Source of the DNA: Podarcis bocagei
Lineage: Eukaryota
Assembly: GCA_964188305.1 (NCBI GenBank)
Contig: OZ076887.1
Reading direction: 5' to 3' (one strand)
DNA length: 64,000 nt
Within the stretch, counting starts at the first letter, position 1. The number at the start of each line of letters is the position of its first letter. The position numbers and the translations under genes are program-made. Shown here one piece after another: positions 50,649-61,868 of this stretch. Below the pieces are notes generated by a model, which was not told where the DNA came from, made no database searches, and worked only from the letters and a program-made list of their open reading frames with translations.

Positions 50649-51348
50649 GTGCGGCATCCCTGACCATAAAATGTGCCCCCTAACCCAGTTATGTTTCATT
50701 AGTGGAACATTTCTCAGTCCTAATTTTAGGATTAGGACGTTTGGCTCTGCTTGCGAAATAGATCCATTGAAGCCGCCAGATCTAGCTTCCTATTCCGAAA
50801 GGGGTGGGGGGAGAAATTGGGCAAAGTTGCCTATGCTATATTTCGGCCTCATTCTTTCTTTGTAAAAGAGTAATGACCTCATGCCTCTGTAAAGCAGCTG
50901 GGGACAAAGGTGTGACAATTTTGCATGTAGGAAATTTTAAAGGAGGAAGTAGTATCATATCTCAATATCAGATCAGATGCTATATATTTAAGTTATTCCC
51001 TGATCAGAAGAGAAGGGTAAGCACACCCACATGTCACAAGAGACCTGGTGATGTGACAGTGGGGCTTTGTGGGTTTGTGCTCCACAGTTAAGTAGCAACT
51101 ACATATTTCACACTTAGGGAGAATAGTTCTAAGCTGTTTTTATATCTTTCATTGCATTGGTTGTTTCCCTATATCTCCTCTTGAATGGGAGGGAGAGGCT
51201 GGAATCCAAGCCTGCTTTGTACCAGGCTGGGAGCAAGGGCGGTTGGGGCCCCTCTTCTCCCTAAAAGGAAAACATTTTAAAGATACCACACAGTAAGTCC
51301 AGACTAACAAATTTATTATAGCATGTGGTTTTGTGGACTATAAAAATA

Positions 51349-51703
51349 CAGTGGTACCTCGCAAGACAAATGCCTCGCAAGACAAAAAACTTGCTAGACG
51401 AAAGGGTTTTTTGTTTTTTGAGCTGCTTCGCAAGACGATTTTCCCTATGGGCTTGCTTCGCAAGACGGAAATGTCTTGCAAGTTTGTTTCCTTTTTCTTA
51501 ACACCGTTAATACAGTTGCGACTTGACTTTGAGGAGCAACTCATAGAACGCGGTGTGGTAGCCTTTTTTGAGGTTTTTAAAGACTTTGGTGATTTTTGAA
51601 GCTTTTCCAAAACTTTCCCGACACCGTGCTTCGCAAGACGAAAAAAATCACAAGACGACAAAACTCGCGGAACGAATTAATTTCGTCTTGCGAGGCACCA
51701 CTG
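51349..51703. mobile_element. Tc1/mariner-type MITE (family B), 355 bp, inverted relative to the 34913 copy
   Basis: TA|CAGTGGTACCTCGCAAGAC...GTCTTGCGAGGCACCACTG|TA. Confidence 0.92.
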
Positions 51704-52187
51704 TACTCTGAACCTGTAGAGTTTTACAACTCTCAGCAAAACACAAAAAAAGCATTTTGCCAATCTTAATAACCCCTCATCTGGTTTAACCTAATCACCT
51801 TTAAAATGGTGTGTAGGCCAGTGGCCTATGCCACATGATGTGTTGTTTGATGAAACACTTTCGCTTCTGAGTCTACTACTCCCTTTCAATTTCACTGTCA
51901 GATCCTGAGTTCTAATGATACAGAAATTATGAAAATCTATGAGTACATTTGACAATGCAATATTTTTTGGGGGAGGATACCGTGTGTCACGACATAGTGT
52001 GTCAGCTGCAGTGTGTATGTCTAAAAGTGTGTCACCAACATGAAAAGTTTGGAAAGCTCTGCCCTATAAAGCCACTGGCATAAACTGTGCTCATTGGTAA
52101 CATTAGAAGTTGCTAGTAGATGTATTTGAGAAATGATGGTCCAGAGACAATATTGCTTTCTTGAGTAATAGCTTCTTCTCTTTACAG

Positions 52188-52364
52188 ATCTAAAAACTGA
52201 AAAGCCAGACGTGATTGTTTGCCGTTTTTGCACTGCTAAAGATAAGGTCTCCTACAAAGAACTCAAGGAGTTGCTGCAATCCAAGGCCATTTTGCTTGTT
52301 GATGTTAGAGAAAAATGGGAAATTGAGCAGTATGGGAAAATTCCTGGATCCATCAGCATTCCAT
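52188..52364 (+). CDS. TSTD3: TSTD3 exon 2 (...VSYKELKELLQSKAILLVDVREKWEIEQYGKIPGSISIP)
   Basis: Rhodanese N-terminal motifs (LVDVRE, GxIPGS). TTACAG/GTAAGC boundaries, phase 1/1. Confidence 0.95.
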
Positions 52365-52566
52365 GTAAGCTTCCACACTTCCTGATCATGAGCGGAGTGA
52401 GGAGGAAATACAAGGCCAGCTAGCTCAAAACCTTTTACCTATGTAACAGGAGATATGTAAGGTTCACCCACGTATCATGGATTTTATGACCTTTTGCACT
52501 TACTTGCTTTATAATGATTCATCATAGTCAGCTGCTTAATTCAACAGTCAGTCTTTGTTTTTGTAG

Positions 52567-52726
52567 TGGGCGAGGTTGTGGAAGCTTTGCAGATGGAACC
52601 GGTACATTTTAAGGAGATATACAATCAAGATATGCCTTCTAAATCAGACATTTTAGTCTTTTCCTGTATGGCAGGAGTGAGAAGCATACAAGCTCTAGCT
52701 GCTGCAAAGTCTCTGGGTTTCAGCAG
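52567..52726 (+). CDS. TSTD3: TSTD3 exon 3 (GEVVEALQM...LVFSCMAGVRS...LGFSR)
   Basis: Rhodanese active-site loop CxxGxRS. TTGTAG/GTGAGT boundaries, phase 1/2. Confidence 0.95.
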
Positions 52727-53488
52727 GTGAGTATATATACTCAGGGACAAACTGCATAAATGTATCTTTACTGACTTCTACCTCTGCTTTAATACTTACC
52801 CTGATGTTCTACTCTGAAGTGTGGTGAATCAATAGCTTTTCATTCCATGACCCTGATCTTTGCTTCTAAGAAACTTGTTGCTCAGTTAAGACCTAGGCCT
52901 GGCACCACTGAAGCAAACCGGAACCTTTGTCTCCTGCCATTCAAAACGTATCACCCTTGCCATGAAATTTTAATCATTACAGTTGCAAGTAGTCTGTGCC
53001 ATCTATTTGTGCAAGTCAGTGAGGCTGAAGCAGGACTGGTCACTCTAGTCCTTTAAACAAAAAACAAAAAAACTAGGTCAGCTTGTTTTAAGTTCTTTGG
53101 AATGCTACAGGCATTTCACTCCGTAGAAGCAATCACAAAAAGTAATGTTCTCGTGCATGTAGGCTGACAGCAAACTGCCTAGAGCAGTGGTGGGCAGAAC
53201 ATAGATCAGGATCTACTAGCAGCCCTCTGAGTGACTTGCAATAGATTGTCAAGGATTCCTGGCAGCCAATCGTTTAACAGCCACAACAAAAAATGTCACA
53301 CACAACACCTACATTAGACTGCTGAAATGAAGACAGCTTGAGATAACTAGGATTTTTTTAATGTATAGAAAGACTGGCGTTCAGCTCAGTACTGGTACAC
53401 TAATCTCTGTGCTCAGCAGCTTCCCAGAATTCTTTAATTCTAAGTGTATGTATTTTTCACAGGGCTCCATTTGCAGTAAATATAACTA

Positions 53489-53745
53489 TAGAGCCGTAGC
53501 TAGGTGATCTTGCACCCCTGGCAAAACCGTCCAGATTGCGCCCCCTAGCCATGGACAAATTAGCTCTTCTTTCCACCTCTCCTCTACCCATTCAATTCAC
53601 CCTGTATTTAAAACCTTTTCTTATGAGGCAATAATCAATATTTTTATTTATAGACATATTTATGGACATATTTTAGCTGATTTTGTGTGTCCCCACCTGC
53701 AGCCTTGGTGGGGGCCCACCTCACCACCCCCTAGCTACAGCCCTG
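53489..53745. mobile_element. hAT-type non-autonomous element, degenerate
   Basis: TIR-like TAGAGCCGTAGCTAGG / CCTAGCTACAGCCCTG; TSD not preserved. Confidence 0.55.
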
Positions 53746-53777
53746 CATAGAGTAACAGATCTTCCTTGAAGATAGTA

Positions 53778-54019
53778 CAGTGGTACCTTGGGTTACATAC
53801 GCTTCGGGTTACATACGCTTCAGGTTACAGACTCTGCTAACCCAGAAATAGTGCTTCAGGTTAAGAACTTTGCTTCAGGATGAGAACAGAAATTGTGCTC
53901 TGGCGGCGTGGCAGCAGCAGGAGGCCCCATTAGCTAAAGTGGTGCTTCAGGTTAAGAACAGTTTCAGGTTAAGTACGGACCTCTGGAACGAATTAAGTAC
54001 TTCACCCGAGGTACCACTA
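53778..54019. mobile_element. Tc1/mariner-type MITE (family A), inverted relative to the 302 and 16500 copies
   Basis: TA|CAGTGGTACCTTGGGTTAC...CCCGAGGTACCACTA|TA. Confidence 0.9.
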
Positions 54020-54721
54020 TACATGGAAATAGAGGCAACCCCTGATTTGTGTGGGGATTGCATTTCAGGTCATCATCGCATGCAACAATGAAGCATGCAT
54101 AAGCCCATTAGGCCCCCTTCTGCCCCCTTTTCCAGCTACTTCTGGGCCGCCTTGGACGCATGTAAATCAGTCGTTGCCTTCAATCTAAAACTGCCACCTG
54201 CCATTTCACAGCTTTCCTCTTAAAAGGAAATCCAATTGTGATTTTAAAAAACATAACTAAGGTGATACCTTATTCTGCTTTGCTACATCAAAGGTTCTGC
54301 GTGGACTCTGCAGAATCTTAATACCTTTGGCTGCTGTGACAAAAACCAGAATTAAAAATCTTGTATGGGCTGCAGCCAAATCCGGTGGTGTGATTAATAG
54401 TTTTTACTCAATAAAACTGTATCTGTTTTGCAAAATGAACTATTTGTTTAAGAGGCTATTGTGGGTTGTGCTGTTTGAGGAAGACATCATATGCATGCTC
54501 CTTTGTTTCCTTGTCTTGTTAAATAATAATTGTTACACCAGAGAATGCAGCACAAAGTATTTTGAATTTGGATGTAGAAGGCTAACATTCCCGTAAAGTT
54601 TTGAGCCCACTGAGTTCTGAGCAAATCAGTGATCTGGCCAGTATGTTTTAGAGAAAGGATAACTAACTAAAATACTTTGTACAGTGTGAAATGTTAAGAT
54701 GCTTACTTTATGTGCTTGCAG

Positions 54722-54785
54722 AGCTCAGAATTATGCTGGTGGCTTCAAGGAATGGGCTGAGTATGAATCTTCTGCGGGGAAATGA
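54722..54785 (+). CDS. TSTD3: TSTD3 exon 4 coding part (AQNYAGGFKEWAEYESSAGK*)
   Basis: Rhodanese C-terminal YxGGxxEW motif and TTGCAG acceptor, phase 2. Total CDS 576 nt = 191 aa plus stop. Confidence 0.95.
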
Positions 54786-55571
54786 CGTCAGGAATAGTGA
54801 CCTATTCAGTATCCTCATAGTACACAGAGTGAAGGCTAACTTTTATTAAGGATCTATATAGATTTAGGAACTATTTTGTGTAGCAGTATATTGGTTGTGT
54901 TACACAGCAGGAAAGAACTGATACCTGTTTTGAATATTCAACCAGGCTATTCCCCATTATGGAAATATCTTCTCCAAAATTTGAATATTTCCTCTTAAAT
55001 AGTTTTGCTATTTGAATGAAATTTGCAATGGATCAATATAATAGCCTAAATAATAATCAGGTTGTTCTCTTAACACTGCAATTAATTTCAACTCTTACAT
55101 GCTAACTGAATTTTGGTTAGTCGTGATTTCAAATTAAAATTGTGCATTTTAAAATTAGTAATTAGACACTTTCTTCAAACAACTTTAGCTAATTTTCCCA
55201 GTAATTTTTCCTGCACATAAAACAGAGCTCAAATGTTTATCCAGCATGTAAGAGATAACCTTGGTTTCTTCTTCTTGCTTTTAAAGTCTTTGACTCTTTG
55301 TATAGCCCTGCTTTTTGCTTTCTGATAGTAAATGCTCGTGGAAGTAATAGTATGTGGAAAAAATTTTTCAACCAACAGGGGAAGTGCTCATAGTATGAAT
55401 ACAATATGCTACATCTACATAACCTATTACTATTCCGCAGTTAAATCAACAATGCAATCATATTTCCAATTAAACAACTTCCACCGATTTCAGCGGATCC
55501 TGATTCCATTCTTTATTTATATATCTGCAATACCACCTTGATTTATTTGTATCGTTTATTTATCACTCCAG

Positions 55572-55577
55572 AATAAA
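55572..55577 (+). terminator. TSTD3: Candidate TSTD3 poly(A) signal AATAAA
   Basis: First canonical hexamer after the stop, with GU/U-rich downstream sequence. A proximal ATTAAA lies at 55133. Confidence 0.6.
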
Positions 55578-55610
55578 AGAACCAGACAAAGTTGTCAATT
55601 TGCATTTGTT

Positions 55611-55616
55611 TTTATT
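55611..55616 (-). terminator. CCNC: Candidate CCNC poly(A) signal AATAAA
   Basis: TTTATT on the plus strand, ~1.53 kb after the stop, followed on the minus strand by TTTGTCTGGTTCTTTT. Confidence 0.6.
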
Positions 55617-57141
55617 CCTACCCAGCTAGTTCATATTACAAATAAAGTTTAAACCCTCAGGGGAACAAAATTAATTTCCATATGGCTAAGGACAAGGTGT
55701 CTTCAACCAATCATGTTAGCACGGGTGTGGAACAAGACAACAAAATAAGCAGAACAAATAAGGAGAGTATGAAAAGGCCAGAAACACATCACTTCTCACA
55801 GAAGTGTTTTCGTAAGTCAGTATCCAAACACACTTTATAAAAATAACTTACAGTTAAGTGCAAAGAGCCCAATCACTTGCATACAAAAACACTTTGGTTA
55901 CACTTAATTGAATGACAGATCAAGTAGAAGCAGGCACTGCTGCTTTTTAAAAAATCAAGTTTTAGAACAAGCACCAAGTGACAAGATTCTTCAAACCAAC
56001 ATTCCTCTGGCTTTGTGCCAGTTTAAAGTTGTTCTCTGGGATGAAAAAAGACCTAAGACTGAAATCCAGTAGTTATTTTTATTTGATTTTGTTTTAGGAT
56101 AACAGACACTTACTTTATTATGAAATTGTGTGTGCATAATGTTCATTAAAATCTAAAGGCTTTGAAGCAAATCCCATTTTCAGTGGAAGGTGTGCCTGAG
56201 TAAAGAGCACAGGATATGGCCCTGTGGTTTTAAAAAAATTAAGCCTCTCTAGTTAAATTTTTACAGTAATTAATAAATAGTTTCCTACGGAGTACGTTTT
56301 ATTTTCATCTGAATACTTGCTGCTTTCTTAAGAAGCCTCTGTTACGATGAATGATTTGTAACAATGAAGGCAAGCTTAACTTCTATAGCACACAACACAT
56401 CCACCATTACCTCAAATAGGTTAGATTATTCAACTTGATTGGATTGCAAAGTATGACTTAATAGTTTAGCACTTGTAAAGGTTGAAATTTTCCTCCCTAC
56501 AACAGCCACAATTTGCATTATACATATTGCACTTTTGTGGGTACTGGATTTCAATTTCTGCTAGCAAATTATAGGTATAGACTAAGACTATCTTGTTAAA
56601 TTTCAGGTGAGGAATGCAAAACTATCTTACTCTTTGTTTAAGGAGTCTTTTCCTTTCAAGAATTTACTGAAGAAGTGCATTTTCCCTCTTGTACAATATT
56701 CACTAGCATTTAGAGTATATACCTGGTCAATTAGGATTTCAAATCCAACATTTCAAGCCACCTCCTGTGGTCAAACTGGTATGGGGGCAAGACAATCCAG
56801 TTACTCACCCAGCTTCGTGGTAACAGTTTCTTTAACTCTTCATTTTTTAAAAAAACAACTAAAGTGTTGAATGCTGTCCATACTGAAGTTAATCATGTTT
56901 TTTCTAGCTTTATCCAGGCTTTCAACTTGTTTGGAGACTGAGAAGTGGTGTTAAATGTGTTAGTGCCACAATTCAAATGGGTGTGTATTTATGGGAAAGT
57001 TTTCAATGTGCTTGACAGAAACATTCTTCAAGTTCTTTCTGAAAAGACATTATTGAAACCTTGTGTTCATGTCTTCCACACAAGAAAAAATCCATCATGA
57101 CATAATCCAAAGTGGTCCACAATGAGTTTCTTTGGAATGAC

Positions 57142-57196
57142 TTAAGACTGGCTGTAGCTAGAATTCTGACTTCCATTTGGACCTTGGTCGCCTTCA
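57142..57196 (-). CDS. CCNC: CCNC last coding exon (SEGDQGPNGSQNSSYSQS*)
   Basis: Matches the recalled cyclin C C-terminus. AACAG acceptor, phase 2, TAA stop. Confidence 0.97.
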
Positions 57197-58280
57197 CTGT
57201 TCGGGACAAAACAAATATGGATATATTTTTTAAAAATTATTTCTTTTACTTCTGTGAATTCATTTCATGAAGGCATCTCTAATGTAACAGCAAGGCAGGA
57301 GATTACAGTCTTTATTCTACAATCTTGGAAGCACAAGAAGTCACAGTGGACAAGGTCAATCAACATGCAGCTCTTTAATTACATTTACTTCATGTGAGAG
57401 CATACAAGAATTTATTCTAGGAGAGCCTGTGCAAGTGGCAAAATGTAAACAGCACCACGGAAATTTGCCTCAAACTCCTACAAATTGTGAGTCTTGCTTA
57501 AATCATGACTGAGGAAATAAAAAAAAAAAGTTTTCTGAGTCCTTGTAGCTTTTGTCTTCATACTTTCACTTAGTTATGCCAACAACTGCCTGGGTAGGGA
57601 GCAGTGTGGTTATTAAAAAGATTACTTGTTCCTGAAATGCACACTTGTTTCTCAAAAATCAGGTATAGAATTTAGCCCACACAATGATCTCACACTCAGC
57701 TCATAACCAGAGTTGCAAGGGGCAAAGGTTATGTATATCTTGTCCAAAATCACAACAACCTATCCACCAACCCCTTGCCAGTAAGCCTGTGCTAATCCTA
57801 TTTGTTATAAGCAGACAATGTGCCTGGTAAAAAGGTCCCTGCAAACCAAAAAGCTTTAATATGATAGTCAAGGAACAATGTCACTCAGTTTACAAACATC
57901 CAATGACTAACAGTCCAAAATCATAGTTTAAAGCATTATGTTCAAGCACAGCCATTCATCATGTTCAAACGATATTGATAAAGATTGTTATAGTCCCTGA
58001 AGATTCAGAAGGAGGTTGCCTATGCCTACACAATTCTGGAGAGTTAACTCATTTCTATTAGGTAATTTCACAAAAGAAAAGCAGGAAGTTGTGTAACTGT
58101 TAACATGAGAACCATCAAATTTCTAGCAACTAGGAACACATTCTGATAGATCTCTGGAATATGGTTAAAATTCTTGTTTACACTTTGGATACACTCTTCA
58201 GATCAAGAGAAATATAGACAGATATAGAAATAGGGATAGGTAAGTACAACAAGGAGAAAACAAAGTTTGAAGACACCTAC

Positions 58281-58399
58281 CTGTTTGGAGGTGGTTTTGG
58301 TTTAGGCATCTTACTTAGAATAGTAGCCATTTCTTTCCTTTCATCAAAGTTCTTCCATTGTTCATACAGTTTCAAGATAACCCTGATTATTTCTAAAAT
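58281..58399 (-). CDS. CCNC: CCNC exon 11 (ILEIIRVILKLYEQWKNFDERKEMATILSKMPKPKPPPN)
   Basis: Identical to recalled human cyclin C; TTTAG/GTAGGT boundaries. Confidence 0.98.
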
Positions 58400-58999
58400 C
58401 TAAACAAAAATATGTCCAGATGACAAAACGTAGGCATGTTTCTATGTGTCTGCCAGCAACAGGCACACACTTCATATACAAGGAATAGGTCCGAAAATAT
58501 TAAGTCTTCTGTTACCCTCTGTCTGTTTAAATTTAGTAATAATATATTTAATATTTTACCCGCTGGGTGGGGAAGGACAAATTCTGAGCCTACTTTAAAA
58601 CATTCAACATCTTAAGACATTGGTACTTGGGATTATTTGGGATTTGTTACTGGGAATTAATGTGAGCTTTAATCTTAGAGCATAATAGAGTTTATACTCA
58701 GAGATCAGTGCACTAGGAAATTAGCTGAATGGTCAGTAATTTCAAGAGGAAATAAACACAGCCTTCGTTTGATTTACATCAACCCAGTTCCAATACACAT
58801 AGGACTTTGAAAATAAGCACCTGCACCATGAATTCTGCCCCCAAAATGACCAGAAGCTAGTCCGGTGTTCAAGCATTGTCAAGAAGTGATTATAATACCT
58901 GGTCCTATGAAGCTACCACTTTACATGAGGACATGTGGCTAGCATACATGTTTTCCTATTACACAATAAATCTGTACCTAGGAAAGAAAATGTATCTAC

Positions 59000-59079
59000 C
59001 TTCTCCATATCAACAGAGAGCTCAGCAAACCACTGTCTAGCATCCTTTTGCTGGACAACACAAGCCACATGTAGACAAG
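59000..59079 (-). CDS. CCNC: CCNC exon 10 (ACLHVACVVQQKDARQWFAELSVDMEK)
   Basis: TTGCAG/GTAGAT boundaries, phase 1/0. Confidence 0.98.
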
Positions 59080-59460
59080 CTGCAAGGGAAACAAATGTTG
59101 CATAAGGTTAGATAACAATACTTGCAGAATGATGGGTAACATACTAGTAATGGCAAAGGACATTTCCAGAACATGTTCTTTGTACCACTGTCTACCTCTC
59201 AAGAGAGGATTTTTCCATCAAGCCATTCTAGATACTTTTCACACTGACACTTAACATGTACATTTAACTTTTGTGTCCTAGTTGCTCCATTAGATTTTTT
59301 TAAATTAACACCATAAAAGCATTTCAGTTACTAAGTAAAAAAATGAAACTGAGGCTATTATGTCAACACCAGACTTTATATGAAGATGGTCATGGGTGGA
59401 ACTCTACACCAAATCATTCCATTCAAATAGCGATAAAGCACTTTTTAACGTGTTACTTAC

Positions 59461-59528
59461 CTAGAGCTATCATGAAAGGAGGGTACAGCAGACAAAGATC
59501 AGTTCTATACGTGTCATTCACTATCCTC
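59461..59528 (-). CDS. CCNC: CCNC exon 9 ([22 protein letters not shown])
   Basis: GTGCAG/GTAAGT boundaries, phase 2/1. Confidence 0.98.
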
Positions 59529-59709
59529 CTGCACAAACAAAAGCAACCAATCAGCATGCTGCCATTCATTTCTTCACATAAGGGAGTCAAGGTAATATGC
59601 CACAAACACACCAGCTTATTTCTCCTTTAAACATTTACATTCTGTTTGAAATCCCCCCCCCCCCGCTACATACTTTGCAGTTTGGAACACTGGTTTAATT
59701 TCTTCCCAA

Positions 59710-59903
59710 ATCCATTCCGGAAGTCCATTCGACTTCCAAAGCATTCGACTTCCAAATCACGGCTTCTGATTGGCCAGGGAAGCCCCTTCGGATGTTTGGC
59801 TTCCAAAAGAATGTTCAAAAACTGGAACAGTTACTTCTGGGTTTCGATCGTTCAGAAGCCAAAACGTCCGAGTTCCAGGGCGTTCTACAACCAAGGTACA
59901 ACT
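59710..59903. mobile_element. Degenerate Tc1/mariner-type MITE, partial
   Basis: ATCCATTCCGGAAGTCC subterminal motif and remnant TIR AACCAAGGTACAACT. Confidence 0.55.
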
Positions 59904-60334
59904 TCAGAGACATTATATGATGTCATCTTTCCTACTGCAAGACAAGGTTAGGGATGATTTGAGGGCAGGCACCTTGCTGAAGCCACCTTGAGTTCCATGA
60001 AGAGCAGGGATAAATATACTAAATAAATAAAATAGTAATCAGAGTATCTAATTACTATGTGTTCCCCTTGGGTGTTTTGAAGAAAAGGCTGTACAGGTCA
60101 TATGTAAAACAATACAATGGTGGCAAATAAACCAAACTGGTTCCATGTGTCCTCCAGTATGTATTAAACTAATACTGATCCCCAGGGAAATGTCTAGATA
60201 TTGGCTCACGTGGCTTTGGCAAACTGGGGAAAGTGTCTGCAAAGTCAGTTAGCAGACTTCACCTCCGTTGTTGTATTTAATCTTGTACTCTTCCTCAGAT
60301 GAACACACTCTTTAAACATTTTTATATTTATTAC

Positions 60335-60426
60335 CAGGCAAGGGGTAGCAGCATATCTTCTTGGCCCATATCTTGCACATACTGGAGTAGAGGTCTATAA
60401 GGATGGTATACTATCAAACAGCAGTC
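60335..60426 (-). CDS. CCNC: CCNC exon 8 (DCCLIVYHPYRPLLQYVQDMGQEDMLLPLAW)
   Basis: TTCCAG/GTAATA boundaries, phase 0/2. Confidence 0.98.
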
Positions 60427-61267
60427 CTGGAAAGATTGATTTTAAAAGGCCATTTAAAATTAAGTGCAGCACAAAGCTCATTGTCACTAGCAAGAATTCA
60501 AAACATCTGACTTACAAATTTAGGTGCTTCCTGCCTTCCATTCAACATGTTACTGTTGCAGCACCGTTATTCTGTCAAAATGAGGTCAGTAGTCTCTTTA
60601 GAATACTCCTCTGTAGAAGCTGACAGACTGCCTATCAGTCTATCTCCCTCAGAGACACAAAGTGACACAACTGTAGCCAACAAAAACCTTATTTGCCCAC
60701 AAACCTAAATACCTCACTGGAAAATGAATCTTGCAAAAGAACAGCCTGTGTTTAAAACTACATAAACTAAAAGCTTGCCAAAATAACTGGCACTAGTTTG
60801 AAATTCAAGTAAGTTCTCACTTCTCTTCTTATAATATAAATGGGGCATTATGTCAGAGAGACTATAGGAGGAAGCTCCTCCTCCACTAGTTCAGAACAGA
60901 GGTGCAATGTGCAAAGACGCTATGTGTTGCAAACTACACTAAAAAGAGGGAGAATTTTTAACCACAAAGCACACCTTAGAACAGAGTTTTTAAAAGTCAA
61001 GGGTAATCTGACAGAGGCCACATGCCAATGGTGAGCAGGGCCAAAGCTAAAGGTGGGTGGAGTCCAAAGTATTACACTGCCTGTTGTCTGACCAACATGA
61101 TGAATAGAGTAGCTGTGCTGCCTGTACTGGTTAGCTGACTGATTGGAAGAGCAGTTGTCAGTACATAAAGTAGCCAAGAGTACACACATTTCCAGAGAAG
61201 TATTTATGAGATGTAAGAACATGACATGGGTCCCTGAACCTACACCTGTGGTTAAGTATTTATAGTA

Positions 61268-61510
61268 CAGTGGTACCTCAGTTTAAGAACAGCCCTGTTT
61301 ACGAACTATTTGGTATACGGACTCTGCAAAACCGGTAGTGTTCCGGTTAGCAAACTTTACCTCGGTCTACAAACGGAATCCGAATGGTGGGGTGGAAAGA
61401 TACCAGCAGCGGGAGGCCTCATTAGGGAAAGAACGCCTCAGTTTAAGAACGGCTTGGGTTTAAGAACGGACATCCGGAACGGATTAAGTTCGTAAACCGA
61501 GGTACCACTG
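61268..61510. mobile_element. Tc1/mariner-type MITE (related family)
   Basis: TA|CAGTGGTACCTCAGTTTA...TAAACCGAGGTACCACTG|TA. Confidence 0.9.
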
Positions 61511-61803
61511 TATGTCTTACAAACTGAATATAATGTATTTAAATATCTATACAAAGAAAACATTCGGGTTTTATATGTAATTTGAGCAACTCTATTCTTA
61601 ACTTCTGCTTAGCTTTCATGGACTACTAAACTATAAAAAGGAATGCTCCTTGCAGTGCAACTGGGGAGAGGTGTGGACAATATTGCCTATTTAAAGGTAA
61701 GTGCTGTGGGTAATAGCTCATTTCATCCCCTTTAACAAATAGGAAAGCTGTATATAAAGCTGTATAAAGTTAAGCCAATGCAGAGGTAAACAGATGAACT
61801 TAC

Positions 61804-61839
61804 CATTAATTCTAAGAGATAGAATTCACATTCTAGTAT
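61804..61839 (-). CDS. CCNC: CCNC exon 7 (ILECEFYLLELM); upstream exons lie beyond the window
   Basis: TTTTTGCAG/GTAAGT boundaries, 36 nt, phase 0/0. Confidence 0.97.
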
Positions 61840-61868
61840 CTGCAAAAATACAAAATAAGTTAATCATA

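Noticed and set aside
53185-54612. One large hAT element enclosing nested MITEs
   Set aside because: The putative TIRs match for only ~6 nt and no TSD is visible.
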